The position numbers and the translations under genes were made by a program. Of a DNA stretch of 63,870 bases, positions 12,150 to 23,820 are shown in pieces. The notes beneath the pieces are model-generated. The model was not told the origin of the DNA. It did no database searches and saw only the letters and a program-made list of their open reading frames with translations. Numbering within the stretch: the first letter of the stretch is position 1; each line of letters begins with the position of its first letter. Origin of the DNA: Octopus bimaculoides (lineage: Eukaryota); assembly GCF_001194135.2 (NCBI RefSeq), contig NC_068981.1, positions 53,770,025-53,833,894 of the forward strand, read 5' to 3'.

Positions 12150-13165
12150 TTATCTTTTACTTGTTTTGGTCATTTGACTGCGGCTATGCTGGGGCACTGC
12201 CTTGGTAGGGTTTAGTTGAACAAATTGACCCCAGGACTTATTTTTAGAGCCTGCTACTTATTCTGTCAGTCACTTTTGCTGAACCGTTGGTTACAGGGAT
12301 GAAGACACACCAACACCACTTATCAAGCAGTGGTGGGGAATAGACACAGAGACACACATTGATATATACATATGTGTATATGACTGCACTGGTATGGTCA
12401 TGTATGGAAAAGTTATACTCAGGAAGACCTAGGATGAGGTGGTGAAGCACAATCTTTGAACATTGGACCTCACAGAGGCAATGATAAGTGACCAAGACCT
12501 TTGGAGATATGCTGTGCTTGAGAAGACCTGGCAAGCTAAGTGAGACCATAACTGTGGCCTATGCCAGTGCAGCATAACCAGCCCATTTAAGAGTACTCTT
12601 CAATCACTGGGCAATAAACTGCACTTGCAAAGATCTGTTGAGTCAAGTGAAGTCATTGTCATGGTTAATGACAGTACCACCTGATTGGCTCCCATGCCAG
12701 TGGCACGTAAAAAGTACCATTCAAGCATGGTTGATGCCAGTGGCAGCTGACTGATCCCATGCCGGTGGCATGTAAAAAGCCCCATTCAAACATGGTCAAT
12801 GCCAGTACTGCCTGACTGGCCCTCAGGCCGGAGGCATGTAAAAAGCACCCACTATACTCTCAGAGGGGTTGGTGTTAGGAAGAACATCCAGCTATAGAAA
12901 CTTTGCCAGATCAGATTGGAACCTAGTGCAGCCTTCTGGCTTGCCAGCTATCAGTCAACCTGTCCAACCCATGCCAGCATGGAAAGTGGACATTAAACGG
13001 CGACAACAAGCTTCTTTCAGTTTCTGTCAACTAAATCCACTCACAAGGCTTTGGTCAACCTGAGACTATAGTAGAAGACTCTTACCCAAGGTGCCACACA
13101 GTGGTACCCAACCTGAAACCATGTGGTTGGGAAGCAAGCTTCTTCCTACACTGCCACACCTTCAC
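12150..13165 (-). mobile_element. SINE family B copy split by an RTE insertion (12150-12380 and 13009-13165)
   Basis: Tail half (TTTTACTTGTTTTGGTCATTTGACTGCGGC...) and head half (GCTTCTTTCAGTTTCTGTC...AACCATGTGGTTGGGAAGCAAGC) are collinear with the intact copy at 50399-50780. Confidence 0.8.
12381..13008 (+). mobile_element. RTE LINE 3' fragment (ORF end and 3' UTR)
   Basis: Decayed LHWYGH and DEVVKHNL*TLDLTEAMISDQDLWRYAVLEKTWQAK*, then repeated GCCAGTGGCACGTAAAAAG units and the RTE terminus. Confidence 0.85.
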
Positions 13166-13204
13166 CTTTCTCTCTCTTATATATAATGTTAATGGTATCA
13201 GATT

Positions 13205-13830
13205 ATCCTAGTTCATAATGGTGTGAAAGAAGACATAATTGTTCCTGCTCCTTTCTCTTTCTATTTTGCTGTTGCTATTGCTTATGCTTTTCATGGATGT
13301 ACTATTGGTGTCTATCTAAGGTTCTGAACTTCAGGTAAACCATTTAATCTGAATCAGTTGAGATTTAAATCTAAGGTCTTTGAGGCAGATTTTGTGTTTT
13401 TTGCAATATGCTGACAGTCAACTTGGTGTTTCATTCAGAACAAAGTATGAAAATGTTAATGAACAATTTTTCTAGAGCTTGTTCTGCATTTGGATTCACT
13501 TGTCTAACAAAAATTAAAGTGATGTTGACACCAGTACCTGGAGATGGGTTAATGGAAAATAAATTCTTCGTTTCTCTTTAAAATTTGTTTATATTTTAAA
13601 AAATTATTGAAGTTTTACTATTTATGAATTGGACAGCTAATTTTTATATTTGAAATGGATGTATTTGTGTGTACACACAAAGTCTATAGTTCTCATTTGG
13701 TATTGGTGGTCTTGTGCAAGAAGACTGAATGCTAATTTTCAATGTTCAACCATTTGGCTGGTTTTCTTTTACCCTCTACCCAATGCAGAACTAAAATTTC
13801 AAAAACGCTGGGTGCTTTGGCTAGTATTTT
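13205..13830 (+). mobile_element. RTE (BovB-like) reverse transcriptase fossil
   Basis: Decayed translation VHNGVKEDIIVPAPFSFYF...GVYLRF*TSGKPFNLNQLRFKSKVFEA...HSEQSMKMLMNNFSRACSAFG...KIKVMLTPVPG resembles RTE-BovB GVKQGCVLAPTLF...FRTxGxLFNLxRL...FSxACxAFGL. Confidence 0.7.
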
Positions 13831-14788
13831 ATAATCTTATAATCTCTAGGGCTCTATAATCTTAGAGATATTTAAATCATTTATAAAATATATTAAAAGT
13901 ATGTTTAGGTTTGGCAGTGTAGAGGTAGGTGGATGTGTGCTGGTGCTTAATGAAAAGAAACGAAAACAGTAGCTGAGAAATTGTATTATTCAGTGTTGGA
14001 GAGGAGATTAGACATGAATTCAATATTCTGTAGCTAATGAAAACAATGGATATTGCACTCAAATTCTTTGCTATTTTGGGGGGAACCAGATTATTTTGGT
14101 GCTCTTTATACTTCAGTGACATAACTGTAGTTATGTCAATAGTGTTAACATAAACATCATCAGTTTCACCAGTTTTAGAGGGCATGTACAAGCCATAAGC
14201 CTAGATGAAATCATTACAATAAAAGTAGCAGTTGAAGAAAGCAGAAGAAATATAGACAAAATCATACAGCTTGAAAAGTTTTTTGCATCATTGCAAAGGA
14301 TCTCAACGTGCATTGAGAAATGCAAGACTAAAACCCAGACAGTAAATGTAGATTTGGTGAGTATTAAAAGTTAATAACAATGAGGGGATTGTGATCATTT
14401 AATTGCCACTACTACCACCATCTTTAAGAAAAAACAAACAAAAGAATTCAATACAGAAATCTTTTCTATTTTGTTTTGTGTGTGCATTGCCTGTTTAGAT
14501 TCTTTGATATTTAATACGTCTTGATTATTTTAGTACATACTTGAACATGAAAGCTTCATAATCTCCACTTCACACAACTGTACGTTACATAATAAAATGT
14601 CATAGAACCAAATTTAAACAGGGAAGTATGAATGTAAGATCAGTTAAAAGCTAAATATATTTATATAGTTGTTTGATATCTAGCTTTGATTTCTTTAATA
14701 AAACAGAAATTTTTATTAAAAACTGAAAAGATGCAATGTCATTAAAGAAAATGTGTTTTCACGTCAACAGTATCGTTTTATTATTATT

Positions 14789-14940
14789 AAGGTGGCAAGC
14801 TGGAAGAATTGTTAGCACTCTGGGAAAAATGCTTTATGGTATTTTGTCTGCTGCTACATTCTAAGTTCAAATTCCACTGAGGTTGACTTTGTCTTTCATC
14901 CTTTCAGGGTCAATAAATTAAGTACCAATTAAACACTGTC
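14789..14940 (+). mobile_element. SINE family A, 3'-truncated
   Basis: AAGGTGGCAAGCTGGAAGAA head, TAAGTTCAAATTCC B box and GGGTCAATAAATTAAGTACC. Confidence 0.75.
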
Positions 14941-15226
14941 AATATGGTACCTGTAAGAATTTTGATATTCATTCATGGAAGTAGATAAGGTATTAATAAT
15001 AATGATAATGATAATAATAATGATTTCATTTATTTTCCACCAGGGTGAAAGATGAGGGAGACAATACAAAACAGACATCAAGTATGGGGGTTTAGATATA
15101 ATGAAATGATAAAATGAATAAATTTTAAAGAGTGAGTATACACAGTACACAATGAAAATGAAGGGAAATAGACATAGGTCATTGTTATTGCTGTCTTTTG
15201 ATCAAATCTTTTCTGTGTTGCTAGGT

Positions 15227-15425
15227 TGGCAGTAAGCTGTCAGAATTGTTAGTTCACTGGGCATTTTGACCGTCTTAACATTGTGAGTTCAAATTCTGCC
15301 ATGATCAACTTTGCCTAATTTTCAGGGTTGATAAAATAAGTACCAGTTGAACACTCGAGTTGATGTAATCAACTTACCCACTTCCCCAAATTTGCTGGCC
15401 TTGTACCAAAATTTGAAACCATTAT
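15227..15425 (+). mobile_element. SINE family A
   Basis: GAGTTCAAATTC B box, GGGTTGATAAAATAAGTACCAG and GGCCTTGTACCAAAATTTGAAACC tail. Confidence 0.75.
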
Positions 15426-16731
15426 TAGTGATGAGGTTTCTGAAATGTCCTAGTTCCTGTCATAGGTGAATTCTTGAAAGAGAAAGGCAAATTCAATAAA
15501 TAATCTATAACAGACCTGAAACTACATCTTGATCAAATCCTTCAATAAAATGCTTCGTATTTCTGAGAAAATATTGAAACAATTCTACTTTCGTTGTTTG
15601 GATAAAGCATTTACATTTATTTATATTTGTAGTAAGATAAATACTATTGCTTGGTTGTTTGAAAGATATGTGTTTGCCAATGACTAAGCATATATGAGTA
15701 TGTGTCAGAGGAGGAGAATAACTGTCATGTATTAATACATATATTTTATCACCTTTACACTGGTAAACTATATCCCTTTTGGTGCCTTCCTGTCTCTGGA
15801 ATTTGGAAAAAAGTGTCCTTAGGCTGTAATAACTTTAAAAACAAAATTCCATTTTTTTAACATTCTTTTTTACAATTGCTTACTTTCAATATTTGTTGCT
15901 GAGGTTTATTATAGACATTCTCAGATAATGGGCAAGTGAAGGATTAGACCTTTCTTTAGTGAGCTTATGAAATGTATCATATTTGGCAAATTGTTTGAGA
16001 GAAAGAGAGAGAGAGAGAGAGTGTGTGTGTGTGTACTTGTTTGTGTCTGTCCATCATTTGACGCTTGTATATATGTTCTTTAAATGGCTGTCAGAATAAA
16101 AGTATCGACTAACTAGAGATATATTTAGTTCTTGTTATTAACTGAAAGTTTTACTTTGACACTGACGATGAAACAAAGATTTTGTAAGACCTAATTAAAT
16201 TTTCATCACTTTAACAGTGGCTCCACTTAGCCTTGTAGTAGGTTCTTTTCTTTTTTCACTTGATCAGTCATTTCATATGATCAACACAGTAAAATTAAAT
16301 TTATTTATATTTATTTTGGTAATATTTTTTTCTGTAAATAGCTTATATTCATTCTATAACATTTAAAAATATGTTTTAAGTGACACATTTATCAATTTTA
16401 CTAAAATACATCTTGCTTCAGATGCTATTAGTTTTATTGTTGTGATGAGATGATAATCATAATGATGATGGAAATAAAGACATTGATGCCTCTAACACTG
16501 CAGCAGCTGCTGTTAAGAAGAACATTATAGTAGCAATGTTGACCAAATGATATAACTATTATTTGAACAGACCTGCTAACTGCTCATATATCTAATCTGT
16601 CATAGTTACCTCTAGTATTGTTGAATTTGATTTATTGGAAGAATAAGATTCTCTGCAACTAGGCTGAAAGCACTTGGGAAAGAAACAAATGTTAATTTTG
16701 TAGGATAGAAGTAAAACTGGTGTGGTGTTAT

Positions 16732-17060
16732 TATTGATAATATTGTTGTGGGTATGTGGTTAGAAGCTTGCTTCTCCACCAAATGGGTTCAAGTTCAATC
16801 CCACTGCATGGCACCTTGAGCAAGTGGTTTCTACTATAGCCTCATGACAACCTAAACCTTGTAAGTAAATTTGGCAGACAAAATCTGAAAGATATCTGTC
16901 ATGTGTATATATACATGCATATGTGTTTGTGTTTATCCCCTGCCAACATTGACAACTAGTGTCGGTGTGTTTACGTTCTTATAACATAGTAGTTCAGCAA
17001 AAGAAACCAATAGAGTAAGTGCCAAGCATTAGAAAAGGTAGGTATTGGTGTTGATTTTGT
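16732..17060 (+). mobile_element. SINE family B
   Basis: TGTGGTTAGAAGCTTGCTT...GTTCAATCCCACTGCATGGCACCTTGAGCAAG head, central TA/TG tract and GGTGTGTTTACG...CAAAAGAAACCAATAG tail. Confidence 0.75.
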
Positions 17061-17269
17061 TGTGTCTAGGGAGAGTCATTATGCCAATATGATATATACA
17101 CTGGTTCAATTCCACTTCTTTATAATTAGTCAATTGGTTAAATATTCAACTAACTTATCAATTGTTTGTTTTGTTTTTGATTGTCAAAGCTCTTTTGTTG
17201 CTACTTGCATCCTTTTCAATGACAATTGACTTAGTCCATTACAGATGCCGCATTTGTCTGCTTGAGATC

Positions 17270-17520
17270 TTATTGCATGCATGGGTGTGCATGTGCTTGT
17301 GTATGATACATATGTATGTATGTGTGTATTCTGCATATCCATGTGTTTGTGCATGCTTTGTGTGGGTGTGTGTGTTTGTGTACCTCTACTTCTTTGTGTG
17401 TGCATGTTTGAGTGTGTCTATACATATGAGTTTGTGTGAGTATGCATGTATGCCTATATGTGTGGAGTGTGTGTGTGTATGGTCATGTGTTTCTGTCTCC
17501 TTGTGTGTGTGCTTGTGGTT
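17270..17520. repeat. degenerate (TG/TA)n low-complexity tract, representative of many TA, CA, GA, CAT and ATT microsatellites in the window
   Basis: Direct inspection. Similar tracts at 5925-5970, 7868-7940, 46620-46880, 48520-48620, 49030-49250 and 54840-54965. Confidence 0.9.
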
Positions 17521-17666
17521 GGTCGGTCCATCCATCCATCCTTCCGTCCACAGTCTAATGACTGAAATAAGTTAAAGATAAAAGATTATTATTTTTATAA
17601 AAAGAAGGAGTTAGTTTATTTTACTATCTTACTGACTTTCATAAATGTGAACTTATGTATCATGTC

Positions 17667-18060
17667 AGGCATGTGGCTTAGTGGTTCGACTGTTGCACTC
17701 ACAATCACCAGATCATGGGTTTGATTTCTGGACCAGGCAGTGTGATGTGTTCTTGAACAAAACACTTCATTTCATGTTTCTCCAGTAATGTGTGGGGACC
17801 GGCATGTCAAAGAATAGACCCAATGTTTCCTCTGCGTGTTATAAAAGGCAACTAAAAAAGTGTTCGAGGTAAGATTTGCACTGCAGCCTTGTATAACCCT
17901 CACCAGCTACGACTACTCAAACAGACCCATGGGTTGTAGGGTTGTCGCTTGAGTGGTGTGCAGGGGTGTCATACTCCAAGAGTAGGGAATCACCAATAAA
18001 TGGTGGATGGATGCTGTGATATGCTGTTACAGTGCATACCCTGGTACTACTACTACTACT
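17667..18060 (+). mobile_element. SINE family C head with a distinct body and (ACT)n tail
   Basis: AGGCATGTGGCTTAGTGGTT (A-box-like), GGGTTTGATTTC (B-box-like) and GTGTTCTTGAACAAAACACTTCATTTCA, shared with the copies at 20297 and 58738. Confidence 0.6.
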
Positions 18061-19996
18061 CCTATCGTGTCAATAACCTCAGAAAGATTGCCTTTGGATA
18101 AAAGCTACTTTGTTTATCTAGGTTTTAATTAAATTAAATAAATATTCAAGATATAGAAAAACAAAAAGCCACCACTGTTGTGGTTGATTATATGTGTTGC
18201 ATTTCCTTAGTACAATTTATCAACTTCTGTTTAAAAGTTTTTTCCTTTTGGCTTTTGTTTTTGTTTTTTTTGCAATACATTCTTTTTTTTTAACTCATAA
18301 AAGCAAATCTCAAAATTATCTTGTTTAGGAAAGCATTTACTAGTGCTACACATCCTCTGTGCTATTCATCACACTCTCTCCTTCCCTTTCTCTTTCCCTC
18401 TCTCACTCACTACCCTTGTCACTCTCTTCCATCATTATATTGTTCATGCAATTTCTATGGATTCTTCTTACTAACCATGTCATGTAGCTCTCTCCTTTTG
18501 CTTCCTCCTCTGTCATTCTCTTACTCCTATCTCACTGGTTCTCTTCTCTTACTCTTTCTATCACCCTTTTGTTCTTGTCTTCTTTCATTCTTTTTTCAAT
18601 TTATCAAAGAATGAGACAATCCTCTGGTACAGATAAAAGAGGGAATACAAACAACACAGTGTAGAGTGGCCTATTTATACTTCCTTAAGAACAAAGAACC
18701 CTCTCCTCTCTTATGCTGGTATTATAATATAACCTACCCTGAACTCTTTGGAAAGTGGTTGGTTTAATGATCAGAAACAATGTGGGATAGAGAGTGCTCT
18801 TTAGTCTTGCTGAGGATGACAACAGCTTCAGAGCTGGTGCAATAATGAACTACACCTATAACAAACTGTAAAATGGTTGGTAATCTGAAGGACATCCCAC
18901 AGTAGAAAACATTAGAAACAAAACGTATGAGAGACATGGTTCCTAGCCTGTCTTGCAGGGCAGTAACTCTGAGTAAGAACTGATTCAGCCCATGACAACC
19001 CAACTCATCCATTCCAGTATGGGAAAGTGGAATAAAATGTTGAAGACAATGCCAATGTTTAAATTTCTTTTACTTTTTGAAGTGAGAGTATCTGAAAAGA
19101 GATTATTCTTAAATACCTTTTTCTCCTTAACAGTCCATAATCTTTAATTCTTTAATTCCATGTGTTGCAGATCTGTCTTTGTAAATCCTACTGCTAGACA
19201 ATAGCACAATGGTTTTTGCTAACTGAAACCTAAGCACAGGAATAATATTGGCTTCAGTCTTTAGTTTATCTAAATGCAAAACACCACAACATAATTTGAT
19301 ACTCTACATTAGAAAAGGTATCTACCTGTTAAATATATACTCCTGCTATATTTCTTTCAAACCTCTGAATTTGTGGAACTATATTATGTTAGAGCCCTTT
19401 GCATCAAGTAGCATTAGAGGGAGTAACACTAGCAAAACGTAGATGATATTAGTGGGTCTTGTAACTGAGTTGCGGGGAACCCTTGAATACTTTGTTTTCA
19501 TAAAGTGTAGGGTTAAGGTTAGTTAGCATAGGGCAAATCAGCATACTGAATCTATTCCCTCTCTAAACTTTGCCTAAGCAGAGCTGAAATCAGCATCATG
19601 TGTAAGTGATGTACTCATCTATTTTACTGTACTGTCACTCAGTGGTATCCTTTACAGCAAACTGGATTTAGCTCTTGAAAAAACAAGTGTCTTGACCATA
19701 AACAGAGTTTAGGCTCAATTGAAGGATATGAATCACAAGCCCTTTACATGGTTTCTTTTTCTTCAGTTATGAATAACTTAATGAATATTAGCTGATAATT
19801 TGTTACAAAACCTTGATTAACACTTTTGACATGAACCTACCTAAGATATAAATATAAAGGTTTGTTATTTTTCCAAATACAACCAAATTCTTGATTATTT
19901 GCAAAATAATAGAAACACACAGGTACTACATCTCATTAACACTTTTAACATTAATCAAGGAAACTTATATGGTAGTAACACACTAAGAACTACAAT

Positions 19997-20059
19997 GTAG
20001 GCATGGCTGTCTGGTTAAGATGTTTCATTGAAGCCACATAGTTCCAGGTTCAACCTGTT

Positions 20060-20097
<38 letters not shown>

Positions 20098-20550
20098 TGA
20101 GAGAGAAAAAGTTGGCGTCTTCTTGCTTTGGTATCACAACTGTTGTAAATGAGTGCCACTGTCATACGAGTGAGTCTTTTGTTTCTGAACTCCAGTGAAA
20201 ACTAGTCCTTCCATGGGGAAAAAATTCCCTTGGAAACAGGTGATGGACCCCAAGCCATAGACAATCTACCTTCACAAATCCAACCCATGCAAGCATGGTT
20301 CAGTGGTTAGGGTGTTGGACTCATGATTGTAAGATTGTGGTTTTGATTCCTGGACCAAACAATGTATTGTGTTCTTGAGCAAAACACTTCATTTCATGAG
20401 CTCCAGTCCACTTAGCTGGTAAAAATAAGTAATCCTTTAAAAGACTGGTGTCCTGTCCAGGAAGGAATATGTATTCCAGAGAAACCAGTCCTATGCTCCT
20501 GATGGAGTAATATGAACTAACCATGCAAGCATTGAAATGTAGACATTAAA
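19997..20550 (+). mobile_element. SINE family B head with RTE-like tail, interrupted by a family C SINE
   Basis: GTAGGCATGGCTGTCTGGTTAAG head, (TG)n(AG)n tract and CCAACCCATGCAAGCATGG tail that resumes after 20520. Confidence 0.65.
20297..20520 (+). mobile_element. SINE family C with V-domain-like body, flanked by a 12-bp target-site duplication
   Basis: CAGTGGTTAGGGTGTTGGACTC head and GACTGGTGTCCTGTCCAGG motif. CCATGCAAGCAT occurs at both 20285-20296 and 20521-20532. Confidence 0.7.
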
Positions 20551-20938
20551 ACAATAGTGATAAGGCTGCATATGACAAATATGGTAATCATCTTTGTCAT
20601 TCTTAGAAACCATTATTATTATTAATTTTCTTTCACTTGCTACATAATAATGTTATTTTTATTCCAGAATTTTGTCAAAAACAGCCAAGTTCTAAATACT
20701 TTATTGTATTTAGTTTAGTGCCTAAGTTAATGTTTACCTTTCATTAAATACTAATAATATAATGAAAATAATTACATCAACTACACTCTCTTACTCTAGA
20801 AAACTGTGTGAGTGCTTATTTAGTTATATTATTTTGAAATATTATTGTAATATTTCTGTTACAATCATTCAAATAGCATTTGCAAAAAAAAAAAGAAAAA
20901 ATTAATGAGAAAAGTAATAAATCATGAAAAGTTCTTTT

Positions 20939-21441
20939 NNNNNNNNNNNNNNNNNNNNNNNNNNNNNNNNNNNNNNNNNNNNNNNNNNNNNNNNNNNNNN
21001 NNNNNNNNNNNNNNNNNNNNNNNNNNNNNNNNNNNNNNNNNNNNNNNNNNNNNNNNNNNNNNNNNNNNNNNNNNNNNNNNNNNNNNNNNNNNNNNNNNNN
21101 NNNNNNNNNNNNNNNNNNNNNNNNNNNNNNNNNNNNNNNNNNNNNNNNNNNNNNNNNNNNNNNNNNNNNNNNNNNNNNNNNNNNNNNNNNNNNNNNNNNN
21201 NNNNNNNNNNNNNNNNNNNNNNNNNNNNNNNNNNNNNNNNNNNNNNNNNNNNNNNNNNNNNNNNNNNNNNNNNNNNNNNNNNNNNNNNNNNNNNNNNNNN
21301 NNNNNNNNNNNNNNNNNNNNNNNNNNNNNNNNNNNNNNNNNNNNNNNNNNNNNNNNNNNNNNNNNNNNNNNNNNNNNNNNNNNNNNNNNNNNNNNNNNNN
21401 NNNNNNNNNNNNNNNNNNNNNNNNNNNNNNNNNNNNNNNNN
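20939..21441. other. assembly gap (other gaps: 6068-6105, 40936-41330, 42085-42225, 43083-43092, 51725-51734, 55587-56367)
   Basis: N runs, mostly bordered by (TA)n or other simple repeats. Confidence 1.
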
Positions 21442-21510
21442 TATATATATATATATATGTATGTATGTGTGTGTGTGTATATATAAGCAATAATAATAAC
21501 AATAGAGAAT

Positions 21511-21699
21511 TTATTTCCTTTTATTTTAGAATGTCAGACAACATTACTTTGTGGTTACAATGACCTACACATGTTTCCACTGTACAGAGTATAGGCAGTT
21601 GCATATGCATCTGCCTATACTCTGTGGAGTGGAAACATGTGTAGGTCATCAAAACCATAAAACTATGCTGTATAATAATGTAAAATTAAAAGGAAATAA
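21511..21699. repeat. fold-back (MITE-like) palindrome of about 190 bp
   Basis: Core arms 21560-21604 and 21605-21649 are reverse complements with 3 mismatches and no spacer. Looser pairing extends out to TTATTTCCTTTT / AAAAGGAAATAA. Confidence 0.9.
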
Positions 21700-21995
21700 G
21701 TTTTGATGATGTACCAGTCTCCATATTCTGTATTGTTATAATTATTGCTAATATACACTCCAGATAATATTACCATCCAGTGAAGCAAACACAGAATTAC
21801 CCATCAGAGGAATTTACAGAATGAATGACAACTCCTAGTAGTTATAGATGTTAAATACTAATCAATGCAGTTAGCCATAATCTGGAACATAACTGAGAGC
21901 TACCATGGTATCCACCTGGATATTATATCTCTGTAAACTCACATTAATATATGTGTGTTAATATATACAAGGCAAGATACAAATAATGGTCATTA

Positions 21996-22408
21996 CATCA
22001 TCATCATCATCATCATCATCATCATTTAACATCCGTTGTCCATGCTGGCATGGGTTGAACACTTTGACCAGGGCTGGCAAGCTGGAAGGCTGCACCAGAC
22101 TCCAGTCTGATTTGACATGGTTTCTATAGTTGGATGCCCTTCCTAATGCCAACCACTCTGAGAGTGTAATGGGTGCTTTTATGTGCCACCGGCAGGGGTG
22201 CCACTTGTATGACTCCAGTATCTTCTATGACTGTGATTTTGCTCAGCTTGATTTTCTTCTCAAGCATGACATAATACCAAAGGTCTCGGTCATTGCCTCC
22301 ATGAGGCCCAACGCTTGAAAGAAGCTCAGCCACTTTGCCTCTATGAGGCCCAATGCTTGAAAGGTACTTTTTATGTGCCACCAGCACAGGTGCCAGTTAT
22401 GTAACACC
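21996..22408 (-). mobile_element. RTE LINE 3' end
   Basis: (CAT)n tail, RTE terminus, 3' UTR and a decayed ORF end (GTCATTGCCTCCATGAGGCCCAACG). Confidence 0.8.
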
Positions 22409-22485
22409 AATGTTTATTTATTTCAGTAAATTTGACTTACAGCTGTTTTTAGTAGAAATTATAGGTTCATTATACATATACATAT

Positions 22486-22521
<36 letters not shown>

Positions 22522-22917
22522 GTAAATATTGTGTCTTGACAAAGTCATTACACCAATAATAATAAACACTTTCACTGGTTAAATATCCAACCAACAAACT
22601 AATATATCATTTACTTTATTTGTCACCTAAACAATCAATCATTTGTTCGTGAAAGTCCTTGAGTCTGTCTTAGAATTAGTCTTCTATCTGTGTGTATGCA
22701 TACCTGTAGATATTTATGTAGATGTGTGATTGCTTACAAGAGAAAGCAAAGGTAAGAGTAATTGAAGAGTGTGTGCATGTGTGTGTAGTTGTATGTGTCC
22801 ATTCGTGTGCCTGCCTGTATATGTTTGTGGGTGTGTGAACAATTCATGACCTCTTTAATGGTTTGACCTTTTTGTTCAAGGTCATTTTGGTCTCAGATCT
22901 GCTGGAATTTGCTTGTT

Positions 22918-23500
22918 ATCATCATCATCATCATCATCATCATTTAACGTCTGTTTTCCATGCTGGCATGGGTTGGACGGTTTGACTGAGGTCTGGAGAG
23001 CCAGCAGCTGCACTAGGCTCCAATCTGATCTGGCAATGTTTCTACAGCTGAATGCCCTTCCGAACACCAACCACTCAAAGAGTGTAGTGGGTGCTCTTTA
23101 CGTTCCACTAGCATAGGAGCCAGTCAGGCGGGCCTGGCATCAATCACGTTTGGATGATGCTTTTTACGTGCCACTGGCACACGGGCCAGTCAGTGGATAC
23201 TGGCATCAGCCACATTCAGATGGTGCTTTTTACATGCCACCGGTACGGGAGCCAGTCAGGGGACACTGGCCACAGCTACGATATTAGCTTTACTTGACTC
23301 AACAGGTCTTCTCAAGTATATCATATCGCCCGATGCATCAGGGGTACACTTAACTGGGCCGGACATGCATGGCTGCAATCTCACTTTAATTACTGGGTCT
23401 TCTCAATCACAGCATATCTCCAAAGGTCTCAGTCTCCTGTCATTGCCTCTGTAAGGCCCAATGTTTGAAGGTCATGCTTCACCACCTCATCCCATGTCTT
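22918..23500 (-). mobile_element. RTE LINE 3' end including ORF C-terminus
   Basis: Reverse translation KTWDEVVKHDLQTLGLTEAMT, followed by 3' UTR repeats and the (GAT)n tail. Confidence 0.85.
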
Positions 23501-23820
23501 TATCATCATCATCATCATCATCATTATTTAAAGTCCATTGTCTATGCTGGTATGGGTTGGATGGTTTGACCAGGGCTGGTAAGTTAAGGGGCTGCACTAG
23601 ACTCCAGTTTGATTTGGCATGGTTTCTATGGCTGAATGCCCTTCCTAATTCCAATCACTCCTAGAATGCAATGGGAGCTTTTACATGCCACCAGCATGAT
23701 TGCCAGTTACATGATACCAGCATCGACCACGTTGCCTCCGTGAAGCCCAACACTCAAATGGCGCTTTATGTGCCACCACACATGGATGCCAGTCACATGG
23801 TACTGGCATCGGCTACATTG
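23501..23820 (-). mobile_element. RTE LINE 3' UTR and tail
   Basis: A second (CAT)n tail and RTE terminus directly abutting the previous copy. Confidence 0.75.
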
